NCBI GenBank assembly: GCA_041690395.1
Contig: JAWLHJ010000004.1
Coordinates: 369,365-433,364 of the forward strand
Reading direction: 5' to 3'
DNA from: Longimicrobiales bacterium
GTDB lineage: Bacteria; Gemmatimonadota; Gemmatimonadetes; Longimicrobiales; Gaopeijiaceae
DNA length: 64,000 nt
Part shown: positions 41,837 to 50,561 of the stretch, piece by piece
Layout: every line of letters begins with the position of its first letter
Position numbering within the stretch: the stretch's first letter is position 1
Program-made: the position numbers and the translations under genes
Notes under the pieces: model-generated
The model's input: the letters and a program-made list of their open reading frames with translations, nothing else
What the model was told of the DNA's origin: nothing
The model's database searches: none

Positions 41837-43021
41837 ATGAGTGCACGAATCATCGTGGTGGGCGGTGGCGTCTTCGGTCTGACCGCCGCCATCGAGCTCA
41901 GGACCCGGGGATACGACGTGGCCGTGCTCGAGGCCGGCCCGGTCCCCCACCCGCGGGCCGCCAGCACGGACGTGAGCAAGGTCGTTCGCATGGAGTACGG
42001 CGCCGACGAGAGCTACATGGCCCTCATGGAGCAGGCCCTCCTCGGATGGCGCACGTGGAACGACGAGCGACGGAGCGACGGGCTGGAGCCGCTCTTCCAC
42101 GAGACCGGGGTGCTCATGGTATCGAGGGAGCCCATGAGTCCCGGGGGCTTCGAGCACGACAGCCACGCCACGCTGCGGCGACGAGGACACGAGCCGGAGC
42201 GGCTGGACGCCGAGGCTATCGCGCGTCGATACCCGGCGTGGCGTCCCGGCGCCTACGTGGACGGATTCTTCCATGCCCGGGGGGGCTATGCGGAGAGCGG
42301 CCCCGTCGTGGCGTGGCTGGCCGACCGCGCCCGGGCGGCGGGGGTGCGGGTCCGTCCCGGCGAGGGCGTCGCGGCCCTGATCGAGCGCGGTGGGCACGTC
42401 CGCGGCGTCCGAACCCGCGCGGGTCGCCGGGTCGAGGCAGACCACGCCGTCGTGGCGGCCGGAGCCTGGGCGTCCCGCCTGCTCCCCGGACTCGCGGACA
42501 GCATCCGGCCCACCGGCCACGCCATCTTCCATCTCCGTCCCGCCCATCCGGAGCCGTTCCGGGCACGCCGGTTCCCGGTCTTCACCGCGGATATCGCGCG
42601 GACCGGATACTACGGATTCCCGCTCCACCCGGGCGGCTTCGTCAAGATCGCGAACCACGGACCCGGCCGTCCCGTGGATCCGGACACGCCAGCCGCCGTG
42701 ACCGAAGAGGACGAGGGCCGGCTTCGGGCCTTCCTGGCGGACACCTTCCCTTCCCTGACCGACGCGCCCGTCGTCTATTCGCGCGTCTGCGCATACGCCG
42801 ACACCCCCGACGGGGACTTCTGGATCGCGCCGGACCCCGAGCGGCCCGGCCTGACGGTCGCGGGCGGCGGGAGCGGACACGGCTTCAAGTTCGCGCCGGT
42901 CCTCGGTGCGCTCACCGCGAATGCGCTGGAGGGCCGGGGCGATGCTCGGCTGGGACGGTTCGGCTGGCGCCCGGAGGTTCGACGCGGGCGGGGGGAGGCG
43001 GCGCGGTATCGGGAGGAGTAG
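41837..43021 (+). CDS. FAD-dependent oxidoreductase (sarcosine/fructosyl-amine oxidase-like)
   Basis: IVVGGGVFG, AASTDVSKVVR, CAYADTPDGDF, GSGHGFKFAP. Confidence 0.92.
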   Translation: MSARIIVVGGGVFGLTAAIELRTRGYDVAVLEAGPVPHPRAASTDVSKVVRMEYGADESYMALMEQALLGWRTWNDERRSDGLEPLFHETGVLMVSREPMSPGGFEHDSHATLRRRGHEPERLDAEAIARRYPAWRPGAYVDGFFHARGGYAESGPVVAWLADRARAAGVRVRPGEGVAALIERGGHVRGVRTRAGRRVEADHAVVAAGAWASRLLPGLADSIRPTGHAIFHLRPAHPEPFRARRFPVFTADIARTGYYGFPLHPGGFVKIANHGPGRPVDPDTPAAVTEEDEGRLRAFLADTFPSLTDAPVVYSRVCAYADTPDGDFWIAPDPERPGLTVAGGGSGHGFKFAPVLGALTANALEGRGDARLGRFGWRPEVRRGRGEAARYREE

Positions 43022-43164
43022 GCGCGGGCAGGAGCTCAGCCGTGGGAGGAAGTCGAGCACCACCTCCAACTCAGATGTCCAACACTCTTGTGCCGGGCCG
43101 ACCTGTCGCGCACTTTAACTACGCTGTAGGTATATCAACTTCCCCACCTTCCGAGTGCCTCTCA

Positions 43165-43497
43165 ATGGCTTACCTCGGCGCTTTCGAACAGCTCATCCTG
43201 TTCTCCGTCCTCCAGCTGAAGGATGAGGCGTACGGCGCCTCCATTCGCGAAGACATCGAGGACCGGACCGGGCGGACGGTCTCGATCGGTGCGATCTACA
43301 CGACGCTCGGCAGGCTCGAGGATCGTGGGCTCGTACGGTCCGCAACAGAGGAGCCTCAGGGCCGCACCGGTAGGCCGAGGAAGTACTATGCGCTGTCCCC
43401 GGAGGGCGCACGGGACCTTCGCGAGGCGTACACCTCGATCCAGGCGATGGCCGGAGGCCTGGTCTCCGAGCTCGATCGCCTCGCGGAGAACGGATGA
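43165..43497 (+). CDS. PadR family transcriptional regulator
   Basis: LGAFEQLILF..AYGASI...GAIYTTLGRLEDRGLV..GRPRKYY. Confidence 0.92.
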   Translation: MAYLGAFEQLILFSVLQLKDEAYGASIREDIEDRTGRTVSIGAIYTTLGRLEDRGLVRSATEEPQGRTGRPRKYYALSPEGARDLREAYTSIQAMAGGLVSELDRLAENG

Positions 43498-46202
43498 CCC
43501 CCGATCGGCGTGAAGGGGGGTGCCCACCCCGGCTCCTACGGCTTCTCGTCCGGCTGCTGATCCGTGGGCGCGACGCGTCCTACATCCTGTCGGACCTGGA
43601 CGCCTCGTTCGCCCGCGACATCGAGCGCGGGCAGAAGCGCGGCCGTGCGGTGCGGCGCTATGCCTGGAACGCCCTGGCTTCCGCGTGGGCCGTCTGGACC
43701 ACGGCGCTGCGCCGAATCGTCACACACGGCATCGGCCTCGACACGAGGCTCGGCCTCCGCCTGCTCGTGAAGCAGCCGCTGATCACGACCGTCGCGGTGC
43801 TCGCGCTGGGTCTCGGCATCCCGGCGTCGCTCTTCCTCCTGCACGGTATGGATGTCCTCTACAGCGATCTCCCGGTCCCGGATGGCGATCGCGTGGTCGG
43901 GATTCGCCACTACGACGTGGAGCTCCAGAATCCGTCGCTCTCTTCGGTACATGATCTCGAGCGATGGAGCGATCTGACGTCGCTCGAGTCGATCGGGGCG
44001 GTGCGTCCTTACTCGGTGAACCTCAATGCGGAGGAGAGCGGCGCGTCGCCCGCCCGCGCCGCCGAGATCACGGCCTCGTCGTTCGACATCTTGCGTGCAC
44101 GGCCGCTGCTCGGCCGGTTATTGGACCCCTCGGACGAGCGCGACGGAGCGCCCGACGTCCTCCTGGTCGGGGAGGAGCTCTGGGGCGCCCGCTTCGCACG
44201 TGACCCCGACATCGTGGGGCAGTCGGTCCGTATCGGGCGCACGCCCTTCACCGTCGTCGGCGTCATGCCGGCGGACTTCCGATTTCCGTCCTCGACGGAC
44301 GTCTGGCTTCCCTTCCGGGCCCGAGCCGTGGATCTACCGGTCGGTGCCGGCCCACGCGCCTTCGTCTTCGGGAGACTCGCGGACGGCGTCTCCATCGAGG
44401 ACGCGAAGGTCGAGTTGACGGGCCTCACCGAGCGACGCGCCAGTGACGACTCGGACCAGTTCGAGCGCCTCGTGGGCGAGGTGGTCGGTATGGCGACCCT
44501 GCTCCTCAACGAGGAAGCGGAGCCGTTCTGGAGCCGCCCGGAGCTCGTCATCGTCCAAGCGCTGATCTTCGGCTTGCTCCTGGTGGTGTGCGGCAACGTG
44601 GGCACCCTCATTCTGGCGCGCACCGCCGCGCGCTCCAACGAGATCACGATCCGCACCGCACTCGGAGCCAGCCGCGCCCGGATCCTCACGCAGCTCTTCA
44701 TCGAGGCGCTCGTACTCGCGGTGGTCGCCACCGGGCTCGGGCTCCTCCTGGCCAACACCTTCGCGAGCTGGCTGATGCGGCTTCTCGCGCCCTACGACTT
44801 CCTCCCCTACTGGGCGGACCTCACGCTTACGCCCCGGGTCGTCGGGATCGCGCTCGGGCTCGCCGCGCTATCGGCCGCCGTGGCCGGGATCCTGCCCGCG
44901 CTCTCGCCGACCCGGCGCGCGATCCAGGCGAACCTCCAGCGCACGGGCGTCCGGAGTGGCGGGACCCGCTTCGGCATCGGGTCTTCGGTATTGATCGTGA
45001 GCCAGATCGTCCTGTCCGTGGGGGTCCTGGCCCTCGGTGCCACGGGGGTCAGGACCGCGTTCGCCTACCAGGGCGACGACCTCGGGTTCGACCCCGACCG
45101 GTACGTCTACGCGACGCTCACGGTGCCGGAGCTCGACCCGATGGAGGTCCAGGATGCGTCCGACTCGCTCGCCTGGCAGACGCACCTCGAGGAGATCCAA
45201 CGAGCGCTCCTCACGCGCCTCTCCGAGGAGCAGGCGGTCGTCGGAGTCGCGATGGGAGGGCACGTGCCCGGCCTCTCATCCCCGAACGGAGACGTGATCC
45301 TCGAGACACCGCCAGCGGGGTTCGCCCCCGTCGAGTGGGACGTCGCGACCCTGCGGGTCGACGTTTCGTTCTTCGCGGGGCTCGGCCGCCCGATCCTCGC
45401 TGGTCGCGACTTCAATGCGGGCGACGTCGAGGGGCCGACCGGAACGCCTCACGCCGCCGTCATCGTGAACGAGTCGTTCGTCCGCCATCACTTCGGAGGA
45501 CGTAACGCGGTCGGGCAACGCTTTCGCTACGAGACCGGGAGGACGGCATCGGGCGCCCGCGACGAAGAGGAGTGGTACGAGATCGTCGGTGTGGTGGGGT
45601 CGTTCGGGACCAACCCGGAGAACTCGGCGCGGGACGCCGCGATCTACCACCCGCTCGCGCCCGGCGAGATCAACCCGGTCCGCTTCACGGTGGAGGTGGC
45701 CGGGGACCCGGAGGCGTTCGTGACACGGCTCCGTCAGATCGCTGCATCGGTCGATCCGGTCGCGACCGTGAGCGCGGGTCTGCTGGCCGCCACCATCCGG
45801 ACCCAGTCGCTGATGTTCCGCTCGACCTTCCTTCTGTTGCTGGCCCTGGCGGGCGCGACGTTCCTCCTCGCCGCCACCGGGCTCTACGCGCTGATGTCCT
45901 TCACCATCTCGCAGCGGACGCGGGAGATCGGGATCCGCAGCGCTCTCGGCGCCAGCACGGCCGACATCGTTTCCACGGTGGCGCGCCGGGCGGCCCTGCA
46001 GGTCGGCGTCGGGCTCGCATTGGGCGTCGCCTGGGGATGGGTGCTGCTCGACAACAGCCGGAACGACGTCGAGGTCGGGAACATCCCGCTCACGCTGGCC
46101 CTCACGGCGGCGATCGCCGGGAGCGCCTGCGTCGCCGCCTGCGCCCACCCTACGCTGCGCGGGCTTCGGATCCAGCCCACCGAGGCGCTCAGGGAGTCGT
46201 AG
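43494..46202 (+). CDS. ADOP-type duplicated ABC permease (MacB/FtsX-like)
   Basis: Two MacB/FtsX repeats (EITIRTALGASRARI; REIGIRSALGA), VVGVMPADFRFP, C-term IQPTEALRES. Typical padR-ADOP pair with no ATPase gene. Confidence 0.92.
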   Translation: MTPDRREGGCPPRLLRLLVRLLIRGRDASYILSDLDASFARDIERGQKRGRAVRRYAWNALASAWAVWTTALRRIVTHGIGLDTRLGLRLLVKQPLITTVAVLALGLGIPASLFLLHGMDVLYSDLPVPDGDRVVGIRHYDVELQNPSLSSVHDLERWSDLTSLESIGAVRPYSVNLNAEESGASPARAAEITASSFDILRARPLLGRLLDPSDERDGAPDVLLVGEELWGARFARDPDIVGQSVRIGRTPFTVVGVMPADFRFPSSTDVWLPFRARAVDLPVGAGPRAFVFGRLADGVSIEDAKVELTGLTERRASDDSDQFERLVGEVVGMATLLLNEEAEPFWSRPELVIVQALIFGLLLVVCGNVGTLILARTAARSNEITIRTALGASRARILTQLFIEALVLAVVATGLGLLLANTFASWLMRLLAPYDFLPYWADLTLTPRVVGIALGLAALSAAVAGILPALSPTRRAIQANLQRTGVRSGGTRFGIGSSVLIVSQIVLSVGVLALGATGVRTAFAYQGDDLGFDPDRYVYATLTVPELDPMEVQDASDSLAWQTHLEEIQRALLTRLSEEQAVVGVAMGGHVPGLSSPNGDVILETPPAGFAPVEWDVATLRVDVSFFAGLGRPILAGRDFNAGDVEGPTGTPHAAVIVNESFVRHHFGGRNAVGQRFRYETGRTASGARDEEEWYEIVGVVGSFGTNPENSARDAAIYHPLAPGEINPVRFTVEVAGDPEAFVTRLRQIAASVDPVATVSAGLLAATIRTQSLMFRSTFLLLLALAGATFLLAATGLYALMSFTISQRTREIGIRSALGASTADIVSTVARRAALQVGVGLALGVAWGWVLLDNSRNDVEVGNIPLTLALTAAIAGSACVAACAHPTLRGLRIQPTEALRES

Positions 46203-46235
46203 GTCGGCTCCTGCGCGGGACCTCGTCCCTTGGCA

Positions 46236-46291
46236 TTGACCTCGGATCACAAACAACTATAATACCGTTATCATAACAATAGTATTGTTAT
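46236..46291 (+). promoter_or_regulatory. Sigma70-type promoter with downstream perfect palindromic operator
   Basis: TTGACC (46236)-16 bp-TATAAT (46258), then ATAACAATA-G-TATTGTTAT at 46273-46291. Confidence 0.8.
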
Positions 46292-46307
46292 TTATCTTTC
46301 AGTATTT

Positions 46308-47237
46308 ATGCGACCCATCGCCATCGAACGGAGCTTCCTCCGTTATCCGCTCAACCACCTCCTCGGCGCCCCAGCGAACGTTCGCCTTCTCCGAGTGCTC
46401 GCCGATGAGGTGGTGGGTCCGATCTCTGCCGCAGAAGCCGCGGATCGTGCGGACCTGACGGAAGCCGGTGCGCGGCGCGCCCTCGGGCGACTGGCCGAGA
46501 CAGGCTTCGTCGTGCGGGTCGGAGGCGGCCGCTCGCAACAGTTCGCGCTGAGGGAAGACGACCAGCTGACCCAAGGTCTGGCTACGCTGTTCCGTACCGA
46601 GCGAAGCCGCTTTGAGGCGTTGATCGCGTCGATCCGTGAGCGCCTCGACGGACTGAGCGAAATCCGACTCGCGTGGCTCGACCAGCTACCGGAAGACGTC
46701 GGAGAGCCTCTCGAGATCGGCGTCATCGCCGATCCGGAGTCTCTGGCCTGGCTGGAGACCGAGCTTCGTCGCCGGATCACCGAGGTTGAGCAGCTGTTCG
46801 ACGTGACCATCGAGCTCAGGGGGTTCACACGGGCTGACGCCCCCTCCGTCTCCTGGGAGGAGGCTACCCTGCTCGCCGGCGTCCCCCCGTTTGAAGGGAC
46901 TCACCAACAGGGGCCTTTGGCCGTTCATGCAGATCGAGAGCAACGTGCGCTGAGACTCAGCCAAGCGATCGTGGAGCTGCTTGAAGAAGACCCTTCGATC
47001 GTGCGAAGGGCGGAGCGGCACCTGGAGCGTCTCTTGAAGGATGACCCGGGGCCGGCGTCTGAGGACCTGCGAGAGTGGCAAGCCATCCTCGCCACGTATT
47101 CCCCTGAACGCTTGGCGCGCTTTCTGGTCTCGGAACGCCCTCGCGCCCAGCGCCTCCGACAGAGCTCCCCGTTCTTCGCAGTCCTCACCGCGGATGAGAG
47201 GGACCGCGTAACCGCGGTGATGGAACGGGCGCGATGA
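46308..47237 (+). CDS. wHTH protein with antitoxin-like C-terminal domain
   Basis: N-term HTH ([28 protein letters not shown]). C-term EWQAIL...RLRQSSPF, of the kind seen upstream of DUF6036 genes. Confidence 0.7.
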   Translation: MRPIAIERSFLRYPLNHLLGAPANVRLLRVLADEVVGPISAAEAADRADLTEAGARRALGRLAETGFVVRVGGGRSQQFALREDDQLTQGLATLFRTERSRFEALIASIRERLDGLSEIRLAWLDQLPEDVGEPLEIGVIADPESLAWLETELRRRITEVEQLFDVTIELRGFTRADAPSVSWEEATLLAGVPPFEGTHQQGPLAVHADREQRALRLSQAIVELLEEDPSIVRRAERHLERLLKDDPGPASEDLREWQAILATYSPERLARFLVSERPRAQRLRQSSPFFAVLTADERDRVTAVMERAR

Positions 47238-47776
47238 CACGCGAAGAACTCGAACACGCCATCCGCGCAGCCTGCGACGTTGCCGATGACACCGAACTCT
47301 TCGTCTTTGGATCCCAAGCCATCCTGGGAGAGCACCCCAATGCTCCCCCGCGCCTGAGAGCGTCCGTAGAGGTCGACGTGCAGCCCGTGAACAAGCCAGA
47401 AGCGATCGACGCTATCGACGGAGCACTCGGAGAGCTCTCGATCTTTCACTCGACGTACGGCTTCTACGTACATGGAGTATCGCTCGAGACTGCAAGGCTT
47501 CCGGTCGGATGGAAGGAACGCACGGTTCCCGTCTCCCACGTCGTGGGAACCCGTGGAAACACAGGATATTGCCTCGAATCCCACGACCTCGCAGCCAGCA
47601 AGCTTGCGGCCTTTCGCGATAAGGACCGGGACTTCGTAAGGATCCTCCTAGTGGAGGAGCTGGTTGACGCGGGCACCTTGAAGACGCGGATCGATGACCT
47701 CGGACTCCCGCAGGACGAAAGCTCGCGGCTGGGCGCCTGGGTGGACCGGACGGTCCGTGACCTTCATGGGCGCTGA
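47234..47776 (+). CDS. DUF6036-like nucleotidyltransferase (putative toxin)
   Basis: LEHAIRAA..FVFGSQAILG..SVEVDV, GELSIFHSTYGFY, HDLAASKLAAFRDKDRDF. ATGA coupling to the upstream gene. Confidence 0.8.
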   Translation: MTREELEHAIRAACDVADDTELFVFGSQAILGEHPNAPPRLRASVEVDVQPVNKPEAIDAIDGALGELSIFHSTYGFYVHGVSLETARLPVGWKERTVPVSHVVGTRGNTGYCLESHDLAASKLAAFRDKDRDFVRILLVEELVDAGTLKTRIDDLGLPQDESSRLGAWVDRTVRDLHGR

Positions 47777-47812
47777 GGGACTCGAACCCCCGACCCCCTG
47801 CTTGTAAGGCAG
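47767..47812 (-). tRNA. 3' fragment of tRNA-Val(TAC), the att site of the integrated element (not an intact tRNA)
   Basis: Minus strand CTGCC-TTACAA-GCAG-GGGGTC-GGGGGTTCGAGTCCCTC-AGCGCCC-A gives the anticodon arm, T arm and 3' acceptor strand. No matching 5' GGGCGCT or D arm upstream. Confidence 0.9.
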
Positions 47813-47928
47813 AGCCAGGCACACTCAGTCGAGATCACCCGAAGTCACGAAAAGCCTTATAACGACTTGCTTGTTGGCGACTCTGCCGCCAACCTTCGTC
47901 GCTTCCAATCACCGGAAATCACTCCGGC

Positions 47929-47949
47929 CCGTGCACGCACCGTGCACGG
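47929..47949. repeat. 9-3-9 inverted repeat upstream of the integrase
   Basis: CCGTGCACG-cac-CGTGCACGG; candidate arm-type or regulator site. Confidence 0.55.
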
Positions 47950-47976
47950 CAATTCGGCAGACGAAGAGGTGCCCCC

Positions 47977-49302
47977 GTGAGTAACCTGACGAAGAGATCC
48001 GTGGACGGCGCCTCGCCACCCGAGCGCAAGCCGGGCGAGTCGGACCAGAGCTACCGGAAACGATGGGCGTGGTACAGCGACCTGGAGGTCCCGGGGTTCG
48101 GCGTGAAGGTCTACGGCAGCGGCAGGAAGGTCTACGCGCTCCGCTACCGAACTCAGAGCGGCCGGCAGCGGATGTATACCCTGGGCAAGCACGGTGCGCT
48201 GACCATCAAGGAAGCGCGAGACCACGCGCGTGCTAAGAAGGTCGAGATCCTGGATGGGGAGGATCCTCAGGCCAAGAAGCAACGCGAAGCCGTCGAGATC
48301 CGCACGGTCGAGAAGCTCGTCACCCGGTGGATCGAGGACTACGCCAAGAGCCATCGAAAGCGGTGGAAGGAGGACAAGGGCCGCCTGGATCGTCACGTGA
48401 AGCCGAAGCTGGGCCAACTCTCCCTCGAGGATCTCACCCGGGATGTGCTCGCCGCATGGCACCGATCCCTCGGCAAAGGCACGCAGATCCAGGCGAACCG
48501 ATGTCTGGAGACGCTCCGCGCGGCATGGAGATGGGCCGACGGAGAGGGTCTACTGCCGGAAGGTATCCTGGACCCCACCAGGAGCATTAAGAAGTTCCGT
48601 GAGCGCAGTCGGGACCGCTGGCTCAGAAAGCCAGAGGTGAAGCGGCTCATGGAAGCCGTGGCCAAGCAGAGTGACGACTACGTCCGTGCTGCAATTCCAC
48701 TGTTCCTGCTGACCGGCCTTCGGAAGCGTGAGCTTCTGAACGCCCGATGGGAGAACATCGATCTTGAGCGCGGAGAGATTCGCTTGCCTGAGACGAAATC
48801 GGGGGTCGCTCAGGTCCGACTGCTCCGGCCGCGGGCGGTTCAAATCCTGACTCATCTTCCCCGGGCGAGTGAGAGCCCCTTCGTGTTCCCGTCGCCGCAG
48901 GACCCCATGAAGCCACGAGACGACATCAAGAAGCCCTGGGCCGAGATCCGAGAAAAGGCTGGTCTCCCCAGCGTCACGTTGCACGATCTGCGTCGAACGG
49001 CCGGCTCCCTCATGGCACAGGCCGGAATCCCCCTACAGGTGATAGGAAAGGTGCTCGGGCACTCACACCCCGGCGTCACCAAGCTCTACGCGCGTCTCGC
49101 AAGCGAGAACGAGCGCCAGGCGTTGGACACCCTCTCCGACGAGCTTGAGGGAGTCCTCGGGCTCACAGAGGATTCTGAGGCCGAGGAGTCCCGTTCGCTC
49201 GAGGAGAGCCTCCGCGCCGTGCTAGAATCGTCGGCGGGGGATCCCAAGGCGCTCCAGGCGGGTCTTCGGGACCTTGGATTCCGCTCACCGGTCGAGGCCT
49301 GA
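47977..49302 (+). CDS. int: Tyrosine integrase with N-terminal arm-binding domain
   Basis: SDLEVPGFGVKV..YTLGKHGALTIKEAR. Catalytic residues in TGLRKRE, ETKSG, HDLRR, LGHS, TKLYA. Confidence 0.95.
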   Translation: MSNLTKRSVDGASPPERKPGESDQSYRKRWAWYSDLEVPGFGVKVYGSGRKVYALRYRTQSGRQRMYTLGKHGALTIKEARDHARAKKVEILDGEDPQAKKQREAVEIRTVEKLVTRWIEDYAKSHRKRWKEDKGRLDRHVKPKLGQLSLEDLTRDVLAAWHRSLGKGTQIQANRCLETLRAAWRWADGEGLLPEGILDPTRSIKKFRERSRDRWLRKPEVKRLMEAVAKQSDDYVRAAIPLFLLTGLRKRELLNARWENIDLERGEIRLPETKSGVAQVRLLRPRAVQILTHLPRASESPFVFPSPQDPMKPRDDIKKPWAEIREKAGLPSVTLHDLRRTAGSLMAQAGIPLQVIGKVLGHSHPGVTKLYARLASENERQALDTLSDELEGVLGLTEDSEAEESRSLEESLRAVLESSAGDPKALQAGLRDLGFRSPVEA

Positions 49303-49306
49303 CCGC

Positions 49307-50245
49307 ATGAATCAGCCAAACACTCGCCTTCATCTCCCGAATGCGGATCTGAACCGAGAGGTGCTCGAGGGACGGCAGGCGTTCCTCGCCGCCTTAACGC
49401 GCCTCAGGCCGGATGCCCTTGCAGCGTTGCTGGACGTGTCCGCGCTCCAGCTCAACGACCTCGGCAGGGACGCTCTCCACCTCCTCTCCTGGACGGCGAC
49501 CTCTGACGAGGGGCCTCGCCTCCGGCCCGGGTGGGGCGTCGCAAGCTGGGACCAGCGAAGCATCGATCGCTTGGACACCGAGTACCCGAGCTGGCGCGAC
49601 GTGCGGAGCCGAATAGAGCAGCACATCGGAGGCTGGGGGCAGCGTTTCAACCTCTCTGACCCTTGGCTTGGCGCGGCGGGTTGGGGCACACTGCAATCTT
49701 TCCGTCTCTCGGGTAGCCGTGCCTTCCAGCTTCCGCAGCGTTACCAGGTTGACCGCCTGGAGTATCTCCCCGTGGACCCCGATCAAGCCGGGTACGGGGT
49801 ACTAGGCCACCTGACGACACTGGGCGGTCGGAGCACGGATTCCGGCAGCGATCCGGAGAGACTGTCCATCATGGTATCGCTCGACGAATGGCATCCCCTC
49901 GGGGGAGAAAGCCGGTTTGATGCCCGCGCCCGAATGGTGGGCGCGTTGGAGCAGCTCGTGGACGAGTACCTCGAACGCATCGAGGCTCACGCTCGGGATC
50001 ATGGCGCGAAGCCGATATCCGAGAAGCGTGCACGCCGAACGGGTACTCCGGCCGCTCACTACGAATGGCTGGTCCGCTGGCAGGTGCCGCCCTGCGAGAG
50101 CCTTCGGAGCATCGCCGACCAGCCGGACGGGCAGGGAATAGCCACCCGCTCCCTCGGCGAAAAGACCATTCAGGTGGCGTTGAAGGACACAGCAGCGCGG
50201 ATCGGCCTGACGCGCCGCTCCGGGAGGGCCCGAACCCCCAAATAA
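49307..50245 (+). CDS. Hypothetical island protein
   Basis: About 312-aa ORF between int and the AlpA-like gene, with a possible C-terminal HTH. Confidence 0.6.
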   Translation: MNQPNTRLHLPNADLNREVLEGRQAFLAALTRLRPDALAALLDVSALQLNDLGRDALHLLSWTATSDEGPRLRPGWGVASWDQRSIDRLDTEYPSWRDVRSRIEQHIGGWGQRFNLSDPWLGAAGWGTLQSFRLSGSRAFQLPQRYQVDRLEYLPVDPDQAGYGVLGHLTTLGGRSTDSGSDPERLSIMVSLDEWHPLGGESRFDARARMVGALEQLVDEYLERIEAHARDHGAKPISEKRARRTGTPAAHYEWLVRWQVPPCESLRSIADQPDGQGIATRSLGEKTIQVALKDTAARIGLTRRSGRARTPK

Positions 50246-50336
50246 GCTCCCGGGACCCTATTTGGGTGTAGCGCATTCGTGATCTCCGCTTCCGTCACTG
50301 AGCAATTCATCGCTCACGTGTGACGGAGAAACAGAC

Positions 50337-50561
50337 ATGGCATCGCAGGATCTCGAAGACCGAACTACCACCCTGAGTCCCGCCGAGGCCGCCCGGCGCC
50401 TCGGCCTCAAAGAGTCCACCCTCAGAAACATGCGCTGGAGGGGTGATGGCCCCCCGTTCGTCCGGGTTGGTCGCCTGTGCCGTTATCGGCTTGTGGACCT
50501 CGATCGCTGGCTAGCGAGCAGGGTGAGGACTTCCACCTCGGATGTCGGCCGCAATGGGTGA
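50337..50561 (+). CDS. AlpA/excisionase-like HTH protein
   Basis: LSPAEAARRLGLKESTLRNMRWRGDGPPFVRVGRLCRYRLVDLDRWL; GGAG SD. Confidence 0.9.
   Translation: MASQDLEDRTTTLSPAEAARRLGLKESTLRNMRWRGDGPPFVRVGRLCRYRLVDLDRWLASRVRTSTSDVGRNG

Noticed and set aside
43118..43131. CTAC-gct-GTAG as the PadR operator
   Set aside because: The location is plausible, but 4-bp arms are too weak to call.
41335..43164. 720-aa ORF apparently fusing a long region to PadR
   Set aside because: The upstream part is an Arg/Pro/Gly-rich off-frame shadow of real genes. Only 43165-43497 is PadR.
47740..47845. Intact tRNA-Val gene
   Set aside because: Only the anticodon arm to the 3' end is present. The sequence 5' of it cannot form the D arm or pair with AGCGCCC.
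47977..49302. Integrase as the integron IntI for the attC array
   Set aside because: It has an arm-binding N-terminal domain, lies at a tRNA att site and shows no IntI-type insertion before HDLRR, so it is a phage/island-type integrase.
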